DNA from: Podarcis filfolensis
Lineage: Eukaryota
DNA length: 64,000 bases
Reading direction: 5' to 3' (one strand)
Assembly: GCA_964270895.1 (NCBI GenBank)
Contig: OZ185443.1
Position 1 is the first letter of the stretch. The number at the start of each line of letters is the position of its first letter. Under the pieces are notes generated by a model. That model was given only the letters and a program-made list of their open reading frames with translations, was not told the DNA's origin and searched no databases. This document shows positions 10,471 to 23,082 of the stretch, piece after piece. Position numbers and translations under genes: made by a program.

Positions 10471-13400
10471 AGTCTGACACAAATGATAGGGCCCTGGGTC
10501 TTTGTCTGAGCCCATTAGAGAACCAGCCAGAGTGTGCCAGTAGCATTTGAGAAAAGGACTTGCAGCAAAGGTGCAGCCTGGGAACATAAGGTGCTGCCTT
10601 ATTCCAGGCCAAACTATTCACTCATCTGTCAGCTTTCCAGAGTCTGGCACTGTCAGAATTTCCACATCAGCTAACAAGAACTAGTGCAGCGCCATTGCTA
10701 GGAAAAGGGGAGGGGAAGATGATGTGCTCTGTTCTATCTTCATTTTACTGTTGGTAGTCCTTGTGATTCAAAAATACATCAGCAAGACTTGTAGCTTATT
10801 TTTTTAAAATAAAAATTGCATTTCAAAAGAAAAAACTGAAAGCTTTCAGAATTTTAATGATGAAATGTGAATTCTATAGTATTACATTCGCACAAAATGT
10901 CATTTTATTACTAATTGAAGGAACAATGTTATGTTCCTGAGAAGGCCAGCTGAGAAGCCACTGGTTCCTGCAGATCTTCCTGTATGCGGGTGGCAAGGAA
11001 GTCTGCCTCCAGAAGCATCTTCGCTGCAGAGCAGAAAGTTCCACCCCTGTTGTTCTTCCACCATTCAAGCTGCAACCATGATAAGGACTGAATAACTGCA
11101 AGTTGGGAACAGACTGGGGGAAGTCTTGGGTCTTCAGCACTTCTGTTCCTCCGACATCACCCACCAATAAGGGAGACAAATGATACGAGCCCTGGAGTTG
11201 TTTCCCCTCCAACTGAAATCATGGGGGAGGGGAGGGGAGGGGAAAAAAACCCTGACCAGCATTGGCCCAGCAGGTCTTGGGAAGTGGAGGAATGAACTCT
11301 CCCCTCCAACCCCTGCCTTCGTAGGACTGCTTCCATTTTCCAATGCTTGTGATAAATTACAATCTAGATTGTTTATGCTAATTTGTTATGAAAATTTGGT
11401 TTGGAATAGATAACCTTCAGGTCTAGCGCTCTAATGATATCCTTCTCATTTAAAGAAGCATAGCACTCTAACAATCAACCAAACTGGACTTTTTTCACTT
11501 TCCCTTTCCTTTTCTGAAGCTTTTATTGTGGAATGGTGGGGTTTTTATTTTATTTTATGGAGCTAGACCATTTGTGTGTGAGGTGGTCACTTTACACACA
11601 GAGAGTCTGAAGACAGGAGTGGCCACTGAAAATACAGAGACTGCTGGCAAAAGCGAATCTCTTTAAGAAGGCTTTTTACCCCAAAACCATTGCTTTCATC
11701 TTCCCCTGGAAAGTATACCGCTGCTAAAAGTGCACCCTCATTAGGAAGCCCATGGCATTTAATAGCCAGTTTTATATGGCATGAATTATCCCTCTCAAGC
11801 TTCCACATAGTTATAAAATGCTTTCTAATTCTCTCTGAATTCTGCTCTTATGCCTACGAGCTATGTTCGCACACCTACTAAAATGAAAAGATCAGTCCCA
11901 CACAGTATGTCTCTTACATTATTCAAATGCTTTATTGAGGCTTGGATAGGTATAATGCAAACAAACCAATGATACAAACCTGTGTCATTGTTGCATTGTT
12001 GATTTTTTTTCTTTTTTTGGTGTGTGTGTGTATGTGTGTGTGTGTAGCAGCCCAATAACTAGACCACCCCTTCACAGGTAAGAAAGCTATTAAACCCTGT
12101 GAATTTTCACAGAGGATAAGGATAGATTAATTTGCCACAGATGTTTCTATAACACCCTGCATGAGAACATTCAGTGTCCCATAGTTTTTCTCCTGTGGTG
12201 GTCCAGCATGAGTAGACTTGAGGCTTTAATCTAAAACATGTAAGAAATAGCAGCAGCTGGCTCAAGATTTTCTAGGGAGGTTTTGCTCGGCTATTTGCAC
12301 TACTTCAAAGCCTTCATGTGCCCTGCATATGTATCCTACATGTAGCAAACATATAAAACGTAAGCGGAGAATGATAAAAGGCCAATTTTGGAACAGTCAC
12401 GTAATACTCTTTATCAGCATGGCATAGGTCTCCTTCTGCCTCACAACCAGATGAAAACATTCTTATCATGATGGATGCCATGACAGCATACAGCAAAATC
12501 TGCCCTCATTTACACCCAGGCAAGCCCCTCAGAAATCGGTGGGGTTCCACAGCTGTAACTTAGGTCAGAATTTGCTTGTAATGTCTTTATTACTACATCT
12601 GCTCTTCATTTTGGTTAGGCCGGTGTGTAGCTTTTGAAGACATGCAAAAAGACGGGTATCAACACCTAAAACATTAGATGCTATTGTGGCAGCTGGGGCA
12701 TGGGTCTTGTATCTATGCTTACAATTAATATATATGCAGATCTTGTTTTGTAAGAAGTAATTTGGACAGAGATGCTAATTAGAGAATCTAAAGTTTAAGA
12801 AATTATGTATCCACTTTTTTAGTTCATACTTTGAATCAAACTATAATGTTACTCTTGGCTGGAAGTGAAAGATAATTTCTCAGTCAGCTGCAAGCATACA
12901 CCATAGATTAAGCAATCACAGCATTAAAATGTATACTTTCAGATACCATTCCAAGCAAATTTACTATCTCCATACAAGCATGGGCACTGCTGATAGCATA
13001 ATCTATCTGCACGACCTAAATCTTTGGCAGAGTTTAAAGTGACTTAAATGATTTTTCATTTAACTGAAAGAAGCCCCTGCCTCAACTAAATAAATTAGCA
13101 CCTGTATCCAGAAACTGGAATTTGGGGTGGTGGGCAGGGAAAGCCAGTTAATTAATGGATAAGTTCATAGATTTAACTTACTGTTAGCATGGTCTTAGAA
13201 CCTGCTGTGCCCAAGACATATGGGTTTCAGATGGAATGTGTCAATAATTAGAGCTGCTGTATCACAAAATATGATATGGCACACCTGGTGGACATTCTTG
13301 TAGAAAAGATTTTGAAGGAGGGTGTATTCAAACCCCACCTGACAAGTTGAAAATCTGTATAAGAACAATTCTCATAGGCTGTGTGCATTAGATAGCAACT

Positions 13401-13539
13401 CACCACTCTTAGGACATAAACTATGGTCAGGATGAAGCTACCTATAAATATGGAATAAGTTTGATTTCTTTTCCTTTTTTCAATCTTATGTGTAGCACTC
13501 CACTTTTCTAAATCCATTTGTGATAATTATTTGTTAAAG

Positions 13540-13878
13540 TCCACATGAAAATCCATAGCATTTTAGAGAGAATTCCTGCTATCAGAGGCATTTTTTATAG
13601 AATTTTGTCTAATATACACATTTGTGCAAAGCAATTTCCCTTAATAGAATGCATTTCAGTATGATAGTTCTCTTAATATATGCATTTTAATGCACACTTT
13701 ATCTTTTTGTGTGTACATTCTTGTACACATTACTTGGCTGGAGAAGTGCACTGCAAAATTAATAGAAATGTGAATTTTGAAGAATGGCTGTGATCCAGGT
13801 TGCATATTGTTTCATAAACTGCAAAACAGATAGCTTTGCTTTTAAATACAAACTGAATTGAATTTATTCCCCATCCTT
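13540..13878 (+). mobile_element. Partial copy of an AT-rich DNA-transposon-like repeat
   Basis: Shares acacattacttggctgga(g/t)aagtgc and the ccccatcc(c/t)ta terminus with 32257-32727. The left boundary is approximate. Confidence 0.6.
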
Positions 13879-14412
13879 ACCCATAATGCCCTGCATGGAG
13901 CTACCACTGAAAACAGAAACCCCACCCTGAGTTATTTTCCCCCTTTCCCCTGTGCAGATTATGCCTTCCGCAGCAAGCCTACACAAGTAGAAGTTGTGTA
14001 CCTGCTGTGCAGTTGTCGGCAGAGGGCTAGTGAGCCACAAGAATTCAGTTCACCTTTCAGCAGTGAAAGTAAGAAGCAGCTCTGGAAATCAGTGTGAACA
14101 CATTTGTTTTAAATTGCTGTAAATGAAAAGAGAAACCTGTGCAAGAAATTGCTTAGCAGCTCATATATCAATGTAAACCTATTCTAAATATTATAGTGGA
14201 TTTATTCCACATTTTTATTACTACAAATTGTAGCAGAATGGGAGCCATATTTTTAAAATTCCTAAACATCTCTCTCTTTTGCTCTTTCTATCTGTCTGGT
14301 TGTCTTATAAACACACACACACACACAGCCAAGGAAATGCAAGAATATAAAGTTCTGTCCATTTGTTTATTACAAGGAACCTTTTTCTGTCTCAATGCTG
14401 TTTATTATTGTT

Positions 14413-14654
14413 CTGCGAGATGTGAAGCTACAGGGAGCCAGGCAGAGGGTCTTCTTGGTAGTGGCACCTGCCCTGTGGAATGCCCTCCTACCAGATGTCA
14501 AAGACTTTCCATAGACATCTGAAGGCTGCCTTGTATCGGGAAGTTTTTAATATTTGATGTTTCCCTGTGTTTTTATATTATGTTGGAAGCTGCTCAGAGT
14601 GGCTGGAGCAACCCAGTCAGTTGGGCGAGGTATAACTAATAAATTGTTGTTGTT
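14413..14654 (+). mobile_element. 5'-truncated L2 LINE (ORF2 C-terminus plus 3' UTR)
   Basis: Translates to VKLQGARQRVFLVVAPALWNALLPDVK (L2 RAFSVxAPxLWNxLP motif). Colinear with 51391-51728 and ends in a (TTG)n tail. Confidence 0.85.
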
Positions 14655-14756
14655 GGACTACAGTGCCAACTATCCCTTGCCATTGGCGATACTGGCCATG
14701 GCTGATGGAAGCTGGAGTTCATCAACTTATGGAAGGCCACAGGTTCCCCATCCATG
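14655..14756. mobile_element. Right-hand part of a hAT-type palindromic MITE
   Basis: Ends in ggaaggccacaggttccccatccatg, the reverse complement of the family start seen at 37913. The left terminus is missing. Confidence 0.65.
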
Positions 14757-17700
14757 GTTTACGCCATAGAGAATGGATGCAATTCTGGATTCCTCTTCAT
14801 TGTGTACAAATATATGCATAGTGGTTCCCTACAGATGTTCTACTGAACAGCCACAGATGGATGGGGTTGAACCTGCTACTGTTATGCTCTACTATATGTG
14901 CTCATTCTATGTGCAATAAATGACTAAACAGGGCTTAAGCTATAGCCTCACAACTTCTTGTTCTTGCACTTATTGTTGCAAATTCCAGTGGCATCTTCCA
15001 AACAGAAGAACCTTGGATAATTTTCCATTTCAAAAGTAGTACGCCTAAATAAGTAAATAACTATCTCCCAAAGACAAGAAGTCCTAGTGTATTTTTCTGT
15101 ACCAGCCACTAAAACATCATTGTCTTTGATTATTCATCTTTGAGAATGTGTTGCATCACACATAAATATTGCAATCCTGATCTGATAGCCATCTGTAGTT
15201 TCTTACATTCCTCTTAAATACCACCTTGATCTGGATGAGAGAGACCAACCCTACCTAGCAATGCATATGTAGATTAAAAATCAAGCACAGTTTACATCAT
15301 CTGAAATACTAACTGCAGAAAGTTTGTACTCAAAGTTTTTCTACTCTGTAGTGATTGTTTGCTCCCATCCAGGATTTCAGATAAGATTCCAAACATTGCT
15401 CAGGGATTGGGTATAATTTATTATAACCAGGCAAAAGAGAGACCTAAATTCTTTTGGACTGCAATATCAGAACACTAACCTTCAGAGTTCAAAGGGATAG
15501 ATCTGCTTCTGTGACTAAATTATCACTGCTAGATAATCTGTAGTTGTTGGTGTATTTAGGGAGAGGGTTCTAGTATCATGGACATGGGCGATGCTCAAAC
15601 CAAAATTACCAAACAATCACTCCATATATATTTGATTGAAAAGATCACTAGAGTAACAGCAACCCTAATTCAATGAATTATTTCCTGTCACTAAGGGCAG
15701 TGGCTTGGTTGGGAGGTGCAGGGGAAGGAGAAACCAAGATTTTGTTTCCTGATGACTACAAACTTCACTTGACAAAACCTTCAGTGCCAAATGTGGTTTC
15801 CATTTGCTGTTGGGAATTTATTTGTCCATGCCAAAGTTCAGGTGTGCCAGCTCTGTATAATAAGCCATTTGGATGAAAGCTTGGCTAGCTCAAAGGATTT
15901 TGATGGATTTTATTGCTGCCTTTTAAGATTATTGTTCAGAAATACCAAGTCTAATTTTGAAATCAATTAGCCATGCAGCCTGATGAGGTGTTTGCCCAGC
16001 TCAGGTTCACACCCGCTGTCTGCAGATTATTGTTAAGTTGAATCAGGTCCCTAGTGGAGCTCTGTTTGCAGGCATCTGGTAGACACATGTCCGATGTCCT
16101 CCCAGAATGCTGCTGATGGTTTAAATAGCTAACCCTAATGAAGAAAGCCTAGCAAGTTTGCTGCTGTTTGCCAGCAAAACATGCCTTTTACAGTTCTCTT
16201 AACTTTTCCATGGCTAGGGAATACCTCGGGAGCTAGAGGCTGAAACAGATGTAAGGAGGGTGGAATCTAATTGCCCACTATCAACAGATCAAAGGAAATG
16301 GTCTTCAATTCCTCTGTCTTCCTGATGGTCATGAAGTTAGAATGATATCATTCCCAGAAGTGCCACCTCTTGAAGGGAACAACATCTCTTGACACCAGCT
16401 GCTCTCGTTGCACAAGGTGAAAATTCCGCTTTCCTGGGGCAATATTTCTGGGATACATGCCAAAACCATGGACGATCCCATGCTGTTCAAAGGGGGTGGC
16501 AGGTTGTAAAACCATCCACACTACTGACCAGCCTCCATTCACGCTTGGATATGCTAAGCAGTCCTCTCTCCCATCAGTAATGCAGAATTTAAAGTCATTG
16601 CAAAATGTCACGTGTTATGCCAACAATAAATGGATTAATAAAAAGGATATTTTTTTGCAGGCAATTCTATGTACAAGTTGACATTAGCTCCCCCCTACCT
16701 CTCAGAATATCTCCCCTCCCCCCAATATACACTGTATAAATGAGTGTGACCTTGCTTTTGTGCACCTTTCATTCATTTCAGTGGGGCTGATGCAGGAAAA
16801 ATCCCCACAAGAATATTTATAACAAACCCAACATTTGCAGGGTTTCCCACTAACCAGAATAAAGAATAGTATGCTTCATCAGCAGAGGCTAATGGAAATG
16901 AAAAGAAGTGACTTATGCACGCGCACGCACACACACACACACCATAGTGTTCTCCAGAAAAGTGGGTGAGGTGCTATGGGATAGAGGGAAGCCATAGGGA
17001 GGAAGGTAATTGGTGGGAATAATCTTAATCCTTACATTACTAGAGGCTTCTAAAGGGGGTGGGGGAGCCATTCTATGGGCAGAAAAACAGAAGCTGCATA
17101 CAACCAAACATAAGCGAAATTACGTTTAATCTATTTCTGTGAGAGAATTTAGGGAATTTGAAGTGTGAGGCCTAGGATGATAAACTCAGTTCAAAACAAA
17201 ACGGAATCCAGAACTTCCTGAGAGCAGGTGGCACAAAGGAACAATCCCTCAATCCTGAATAAAATTGGTGATATCTAACATTAGTCATGCTCCAAGTAGA
17301 CCTGTTAAAATCAATGGACAAGCTATTTACTACCCTAAATTGTTAGAGCTTAAGGAAAGACCTCCTAGATCAGCTTACAGGTTTGTCTTGCAGATTTGCA
17401 AGTCTCAAGGCAGGGACTGTCTTATTACTGATTTTTTTAAAGCAGCCTGGGACCCTTTTCAGTTGAAGAATGGGCTAAAAAAGAAGAAGCCTGAAATATA
17501 TAAGTTCAGCCTTACAGTATATCCTCCAGTCTTTATGCTGTTAGAGCCCTCACACATTTCAATGGGCTGTTCATCTCAAGTATGTTTTACTAAGAACTGG
17601 TTCACACATAGTCATGGCATGTGGCTGGGTGCAGAAGCCAGCCTGGGGCTCTCACACCACCACCCCATTGTGCAAAGAACTGTCAGTATGAAGTGGGACC

Positions 17701-20700
17701 TGTGCAATAAATGTGCACATGAGTAGGTGCATATACTCATTTCATTGCCAAGAAACAAAAAGTGAAGCATGAAATATACTTAGTATGTAACTGTGCAGGT
17801 TAGTAGTCACACTAGGTTGCTATTAGTCAGTGGTCTTAGTGGTTTATTAGCAAGGAAGTTTATTACAGGAGAAAGGATCCTGGATACAGCCCACTGGGAA
17901 CTTTGGTAACATAAACTCCATTATGGATTTGACAATGAACATTGAAGAGACTGATATTTGGGGTCAACCTATGTTAGGTAGAGTGAGGTGGCCAATTGAT
18001 TTTGGATGTCATGAAATTGTTATTTAATTACTTATAATTGCACTTTTACTGCTGGGAACAGAAAGAGGTGCTTGTGGGATTTTCTGCCTCAGGTGTCAAA
18101 ATAACTTGACCAGCCTTGGATACAATGTACCTTGGCTGTTGGGGTGATGCTCCTGTTCCAGCTTCTACCTCAGGCAGCAAAATGTATTGCACTAGCCTTG
18201 GCGATATAAACACACCCAATAACTTTAATTTCTGATTTGGGGCCCAAATAAAAGAGTGTTGCAAAGTAGTGTGGTAGTTTTCCTGCAGCACTGACTGAAA
18301 GAGACTGCCTCATTTCCTTACTTTCTGTTAGGTCTATTAGGCACTGCAATGTGTTTTTTATGAGCTTTATTAAGAGGTTTTAAAAATATTTTACTAGGAT
18401 AATTTTCATTTTTATAAGGGTTTCGGTTGGTTGCATTTTACTTAAGTCTAGTTTTTCTTATTAAGAAATATTGTGGTTATTTTTAGTATGTGCCATTAAC
18501 ATTCTTCATCCAGGCTCAACAACTGTCCTATGAGAGTCAAAGCATTAGCAGAAATCTGTATTTAGTGGCAAGGCCAGCGTATCATGCCTAACCAGCTTCG
18601 TCCATTAAAACTGGTGACACAGAAATCCAAAATAAACAGTGTAGAAGCACATAAGAACAAACCCAATGGATCAGTTTTCAGGTCCACCAAGTCCATGACA
18701 GTATGATGTTGATACTGATGATCTTGAATCCAGATGATCATTTCCACAAGTGGAAGGCATCCAGTGGGGTAAATAGAGAGATGGTTTTAATTTTTGCAAC
18801 ATCCCTGTTCACCTTGTAGCCACCCCTTCACCACATCCCCACAGTTCTAGAAGGGGCCCCAAGCCTCCCAAACAGGTTACCAGGGGGCAAGAAAAATAAA
18901 GAAATTTACAGCAAAGGAAAAGAAGCCCCCCCTCCCCTTTGTCCAGTGGGATTCAAGCAATCATTAATATTATTTATCTTCGTAGCACATTTTCAGAATC
19001 CAAGCATGCTTTTATTTTGATATTAGTGGTATCAACGTGGTGCACTGTTTAATGTTACACAGCACCGGCAATTTCTGGCTCAGTCCATTGAGCTCGCTGC
19101 AGCTGACTAGTGGCTAATAATGAAGCATCACTCTTAATGGAGAATACTCTAGCAACAATCCAGCAGAGAGCTAGATTGATTTCAAACCATTGATTTCAGT
19201 GCGATTCGGAATGTACACGGTTAGGCCCTGGAGTTTAGCCATCGATTTGTCATTCTTTACTACTATGTCATTGCTAAGCTACTTAACCGTAGATTTTATT
19301 GTCTGTAATAACAAAGTACTGGGAGTTCAATCTTATAAAGGAAAACATATATTACTTCAGTAATCTATAATTCATTGTAGTGATTTGACAGAATGTGAAA
19401 ACTCATGCCTTATGGTTCAGAAAGCAGCAATTGCATTGTTAGCCCCCATTTATCAGTATAAAGCTGGCTAATTTAGCTGCCTGGCTGATTTATAAATTGA
19501 TAATTTACATTGGGTTCAACATCCTAATTTAATAATGGGATCACATATGGATGGTTTGAAAAAGTTGCATTCTAGTTGGTTGAGACTATAAGCATGCCCT
19601 TATTAAGATAGATTATCTCCTTCTACTTGCTCTTTAAAAGGAAGGACAAAACAAATTATATATCTCATTCATTCTACCTGACAGAAAGGCCATGTTTGCC
19701 TATAACCCCCTCTTCTATTAATATTGAATACATGGCTAGCCACATCATTCATTCTCTTGCTAACCTCCATGATGTCATAATCTTTTGCAGCAGTAAGCAC
19801 TTGTTAGGGTCTGCAGACATTTGGGGATCACCATAGGGAGTCAGACTACTGGAGTGAAATCAACTAATAAATCTACCAGGTAGGTTTGTAACAGAAGTTG
19901 AGAAGGAATACAAACAGGGATTTTACTGGATATTTCACACTGAGTGAGTCCCTCGGTACAGGAGATTTTGCAGTCAATTTACGTTTCTAATTACTGAACA
20001 TGAAAATTACTAACAGTGTAAGTACATTAGTTCCTTTCACGGCCTAATCCTAAAAATTAAGCAAATAAAGCCTTAGGATTGGCTACCAAGAATATGGATC
20101 TAAAACAAGTCAGCCATCTGGTTTGGTTAGAAGCAGCATGTTCAATGGAAAATTTCCTTCTGGTGTTGCTTCAAAGGCTGTTTCTGCACAATGTGTTGAA
20201 TTCTTTGGTAAATTTCTGTTTTTAACAAGATCTTGAGTTGTATCCAAGTTCTGCTCGCTCAAGACTGGACACCTGATTTTTGCTGATGTGCTCTACACAA
20301 GGCAGCCCCCTCTGCACCTAAATATTGCTTTCTAAGGTTTGGGGGACCTTCAAGACCAGAATGGAATATAATGTGCAGGGATGCAGGAAGTAGAAGGAGC
20401 TTTTGAAAATCAAATGGACCACCTTGCACATGTGGAAGACCTTTCCACTAGTGCAAAGCTTATCTTGGGTACAACCCCTCACTCCCTGGTATGACTTGAG
20501 CTACTGAACCTGCCTCCTGAAAGCTTCAGGCTCCCATGAAGTTCTTGCTTCTAGTTCTTCATTACATTTCTTAAGCCAAGAATGGGCAAAGGTGAATGTC
20601 CATATGAAAAAAGATTGAGTGGGAGAACCATTAAATACATTCAAAGGATAGCTTTTTGTAGAATATGGAAAACTGAAGTGAAGAGCATTCTGTGATATTC

Positions 20701-21035
20701 TTGGGAAAGAGAGTTTGCACAATAAGATTAATTATTGGAATATATTATGAAATGCATTCTCTTGCATGTGAAAGTTCAGTAAAAATTACTACAGATCAAA
20801 GGTCTCATGAATAATCTTTTTTAAAAATGGTGGTCAAATAGGCAGCCAAAGGTCAGAGTTTTTTCTGCTTTTCTGTTTTGGATGGAATAGAGAGCATTGT
20901 AGAAAGCTCATGAAAAAAAGTAATATGGTTTTCTATAAATATCTGTTTTCATTTGCTTCAGTCTTGTCCAGTCAATGCTAAATTTAACAAATTGTATGTA
21001 TTTACCTTTATCTACACATTAGCTTAGATAACTTA

Positions 21036-21092
21036 TAAAAAGGATTGGACAAATTCCTGGCAGAGAGACCTATCAATGGGTCTCAGCCATGA
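21036..21092 (+). mobile_element. Short CR1 3'-region fragment
   Basis: ggattggacaaattcctggcagagagacctatcaatggg resembles the recalled end of CR1 ORF2. Confidence 0.4.
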
Positions 21093-21557
21093 GAATCCAC
21101 ACTGAACCTTCAGGATCAGCGTATCTTTGATTGTTGTCCCCCACACCCTCACCCTTGCAAGCTGGTGCCTCTGGCTTGTGCAGATCAGCCTTTGTTGACT
21201 CAACAGGATACCCTTATTTCCATTGTGTATTTGCTGAAATGGTTGAATCACAATAGGCAAACAGGAGCACCTATTGGATGGTTCCAACCTTCACAAGATA
21301 TACAGTAGTTAGAATTACTCCAAATTCTCATCAGTACCTCCTAGAGCTGTAAAATCCCCAATGAGCAATACGTCATACTAATATAAGTACAATAGTTATA
21401 AACAATTCCGAGAAAACAATGACTCACTCTTCAAAAGACTGAGCCTATGAACTATTGCTTGTGGTTACAAGACATTGCAGATTAACAGTTGATCCATTAT
21501 GTTGATGAAATGTCAGAATATTTACATCAGTGCAAACCCAAGATTTTCCTGGGTGTT

Positions 21558-21561
<4 letters not shown>

Positions 21562-21600
<39 letters not shown>
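21562..21600. repeat. (GA)n microsatellite
   Basis: Direct repeat. Confidence 0.95.
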
Positions 21601-21603
<3 letters not shown>

Positions 21604-21805
21604 CATTGGCATTATTAGTAGGACATGAGTAACTTTCATTTAATTCCTTGCCATTGTTGTACTCAGTGGTACAACATTTGGCTAAAATTCCCAGCAATTA
21701 AAGGAAAGTTAATTCAGGCACATTCATCAAAGAAGGTTCTTCATAAAACTAATAACTTTTACTCCAAGATATTGGCCTTATCCACCAAACTGGCCTTACA
21801 ACAAG

Positions 21806-22180
21806 GGGATGCCGGAGGCGCTGTGGTCTAAACCACTGAGCCTCTTGGACTTGCCAATCATAAGGTTGGCAGATCAAATCTGCGTAACAGGGTGAGCTCC
21901 TGTTGCTTTTTCCTACCTCCTGCCAACCTAGCAGTTCGAAAGCATATCAGTGCAAGTTGATAAATAGGTACCACTGCAGCGGGAAAGTAAACAGCATTTC
22001 CATGCACTCTGGCACTCCTCATGCTGTTCCGTTGTGCCATAAGTGGTTTAGTCATGCTGGCCACAAGACCTGGAAAAGCTGTCTGCGGACAAATGCCGGA
22101 TCCCTTGGTGGAGATGAGCACTGTACCCCATAGTTGAATTTGACTGGACTTAACTGTCCAGGGGTCCTTTGCCTTTGCCT
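21806..22180 (+). mobile_element. Sauria SINE (Squam1), near full length
   Basis: Diagnostic ggcgctgtggtctaaaccactgagcctcttgg head, ctgccaacctagcagttcgaaagca core and cctttgcctttgcct tail. Colinear with 61442-61777. Confidence 0.9.
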
Positions 22181-22305
22181 ATATCAGTGCAGAAAAATTA
22201 TTATACACCAGTGACAAGGTTTAATTTCTTGAATATGTGAACACTGTTATCATTTTTTTAAAAAAAAATTCAGAACCCTTTGACAGCTGATGGTCACTAT
22301 TTTTA

Positions 22306-22370
22306 ATTATTTATTAAATTTGTATACTACCCTTCATTTGCAGGTTTCAAGGTGGTCCACAGCATAAAAA
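22306..22370 (-). mobile_element. L2 3'-terminal fragment
   Basis: Reverse complement of the tgtg...cc(c)tga...atgaagggcagtatac end motif also seen at ~50413-50447. Confidence 0.5.
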
Positions 22371-23038
22371 CTATTATTGAGACATCACCTTACAAGGTGT
22401 AGAAAACACTCTCTCTATGGCAAAAAGACCCATTCCTGCTCAATATGATATAGGATAGTCACATGTGTCTGCACACCAATAGTAGGTGAAGCCCTGGGCT
22501 AGAATACAGTACATGAAAATGCTATATAGGCAGGACAGCTAGGAATGTAGCAGGTTTTTAACTAGAGGGCTGGCAGTATTTAGCTCCCTCACTGTAGAAC
22601 TAGGCAACATGTTGCAATTATCGTATCTTAATTCCTCTCCACCACTGCATAAACAACTCCTTATATTTTGCCTTGCCTAAGATTAATTTATGTATAATGT
22701 GCTTTTGATTTTCCTTTGGCATTCTTTGTGGATTATGCTTACGTCTTTCGTAAACTAAAACGTATCCCCTGTTTTCTGGTTTAAAAAACACACACACCAA
22801 AACCCTTCCAAACTGATTTCAGCCCCTGGTCATATTTGGGTGTGCCCTCTTGCTCGCAGAGGCAAATTAAAGACTGTACTTTCACATAGATCTGATTCAT
22901 TTGAATGCAGTATGTAAATACTTCAATGGGATGTGTATTGCAGTCTTGCGAAATGGTTTCTGTTCTATTGAAAATGGGGCTGAACTGAAATGCAATCCCC
23001 ATTTCTCACTGAGCATGGCTAAAGAGGGCTGCCAATCT

Positions 23039-23040
<2 letters not shown>

Positions 23041-23080
<40 letters not shown>
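23041..23080. repeat. (AC)20 microsatellite
   Basis: Direct repeat. Confidence 0.95.

Positions 23081-23082
<2 letters not shown>

Noticed and set aside
10292-10477. S/T/P/Q-rich ORF that looks like a disordered protein segment
   Set aside because: It is mostly the hAT-type MITE at 10354-10470.
17265-17726. 153-aa ORF, among the longest in the track
   Set aside because: No recognisable domain, no supporting splice or promoter context, and random-like composition.
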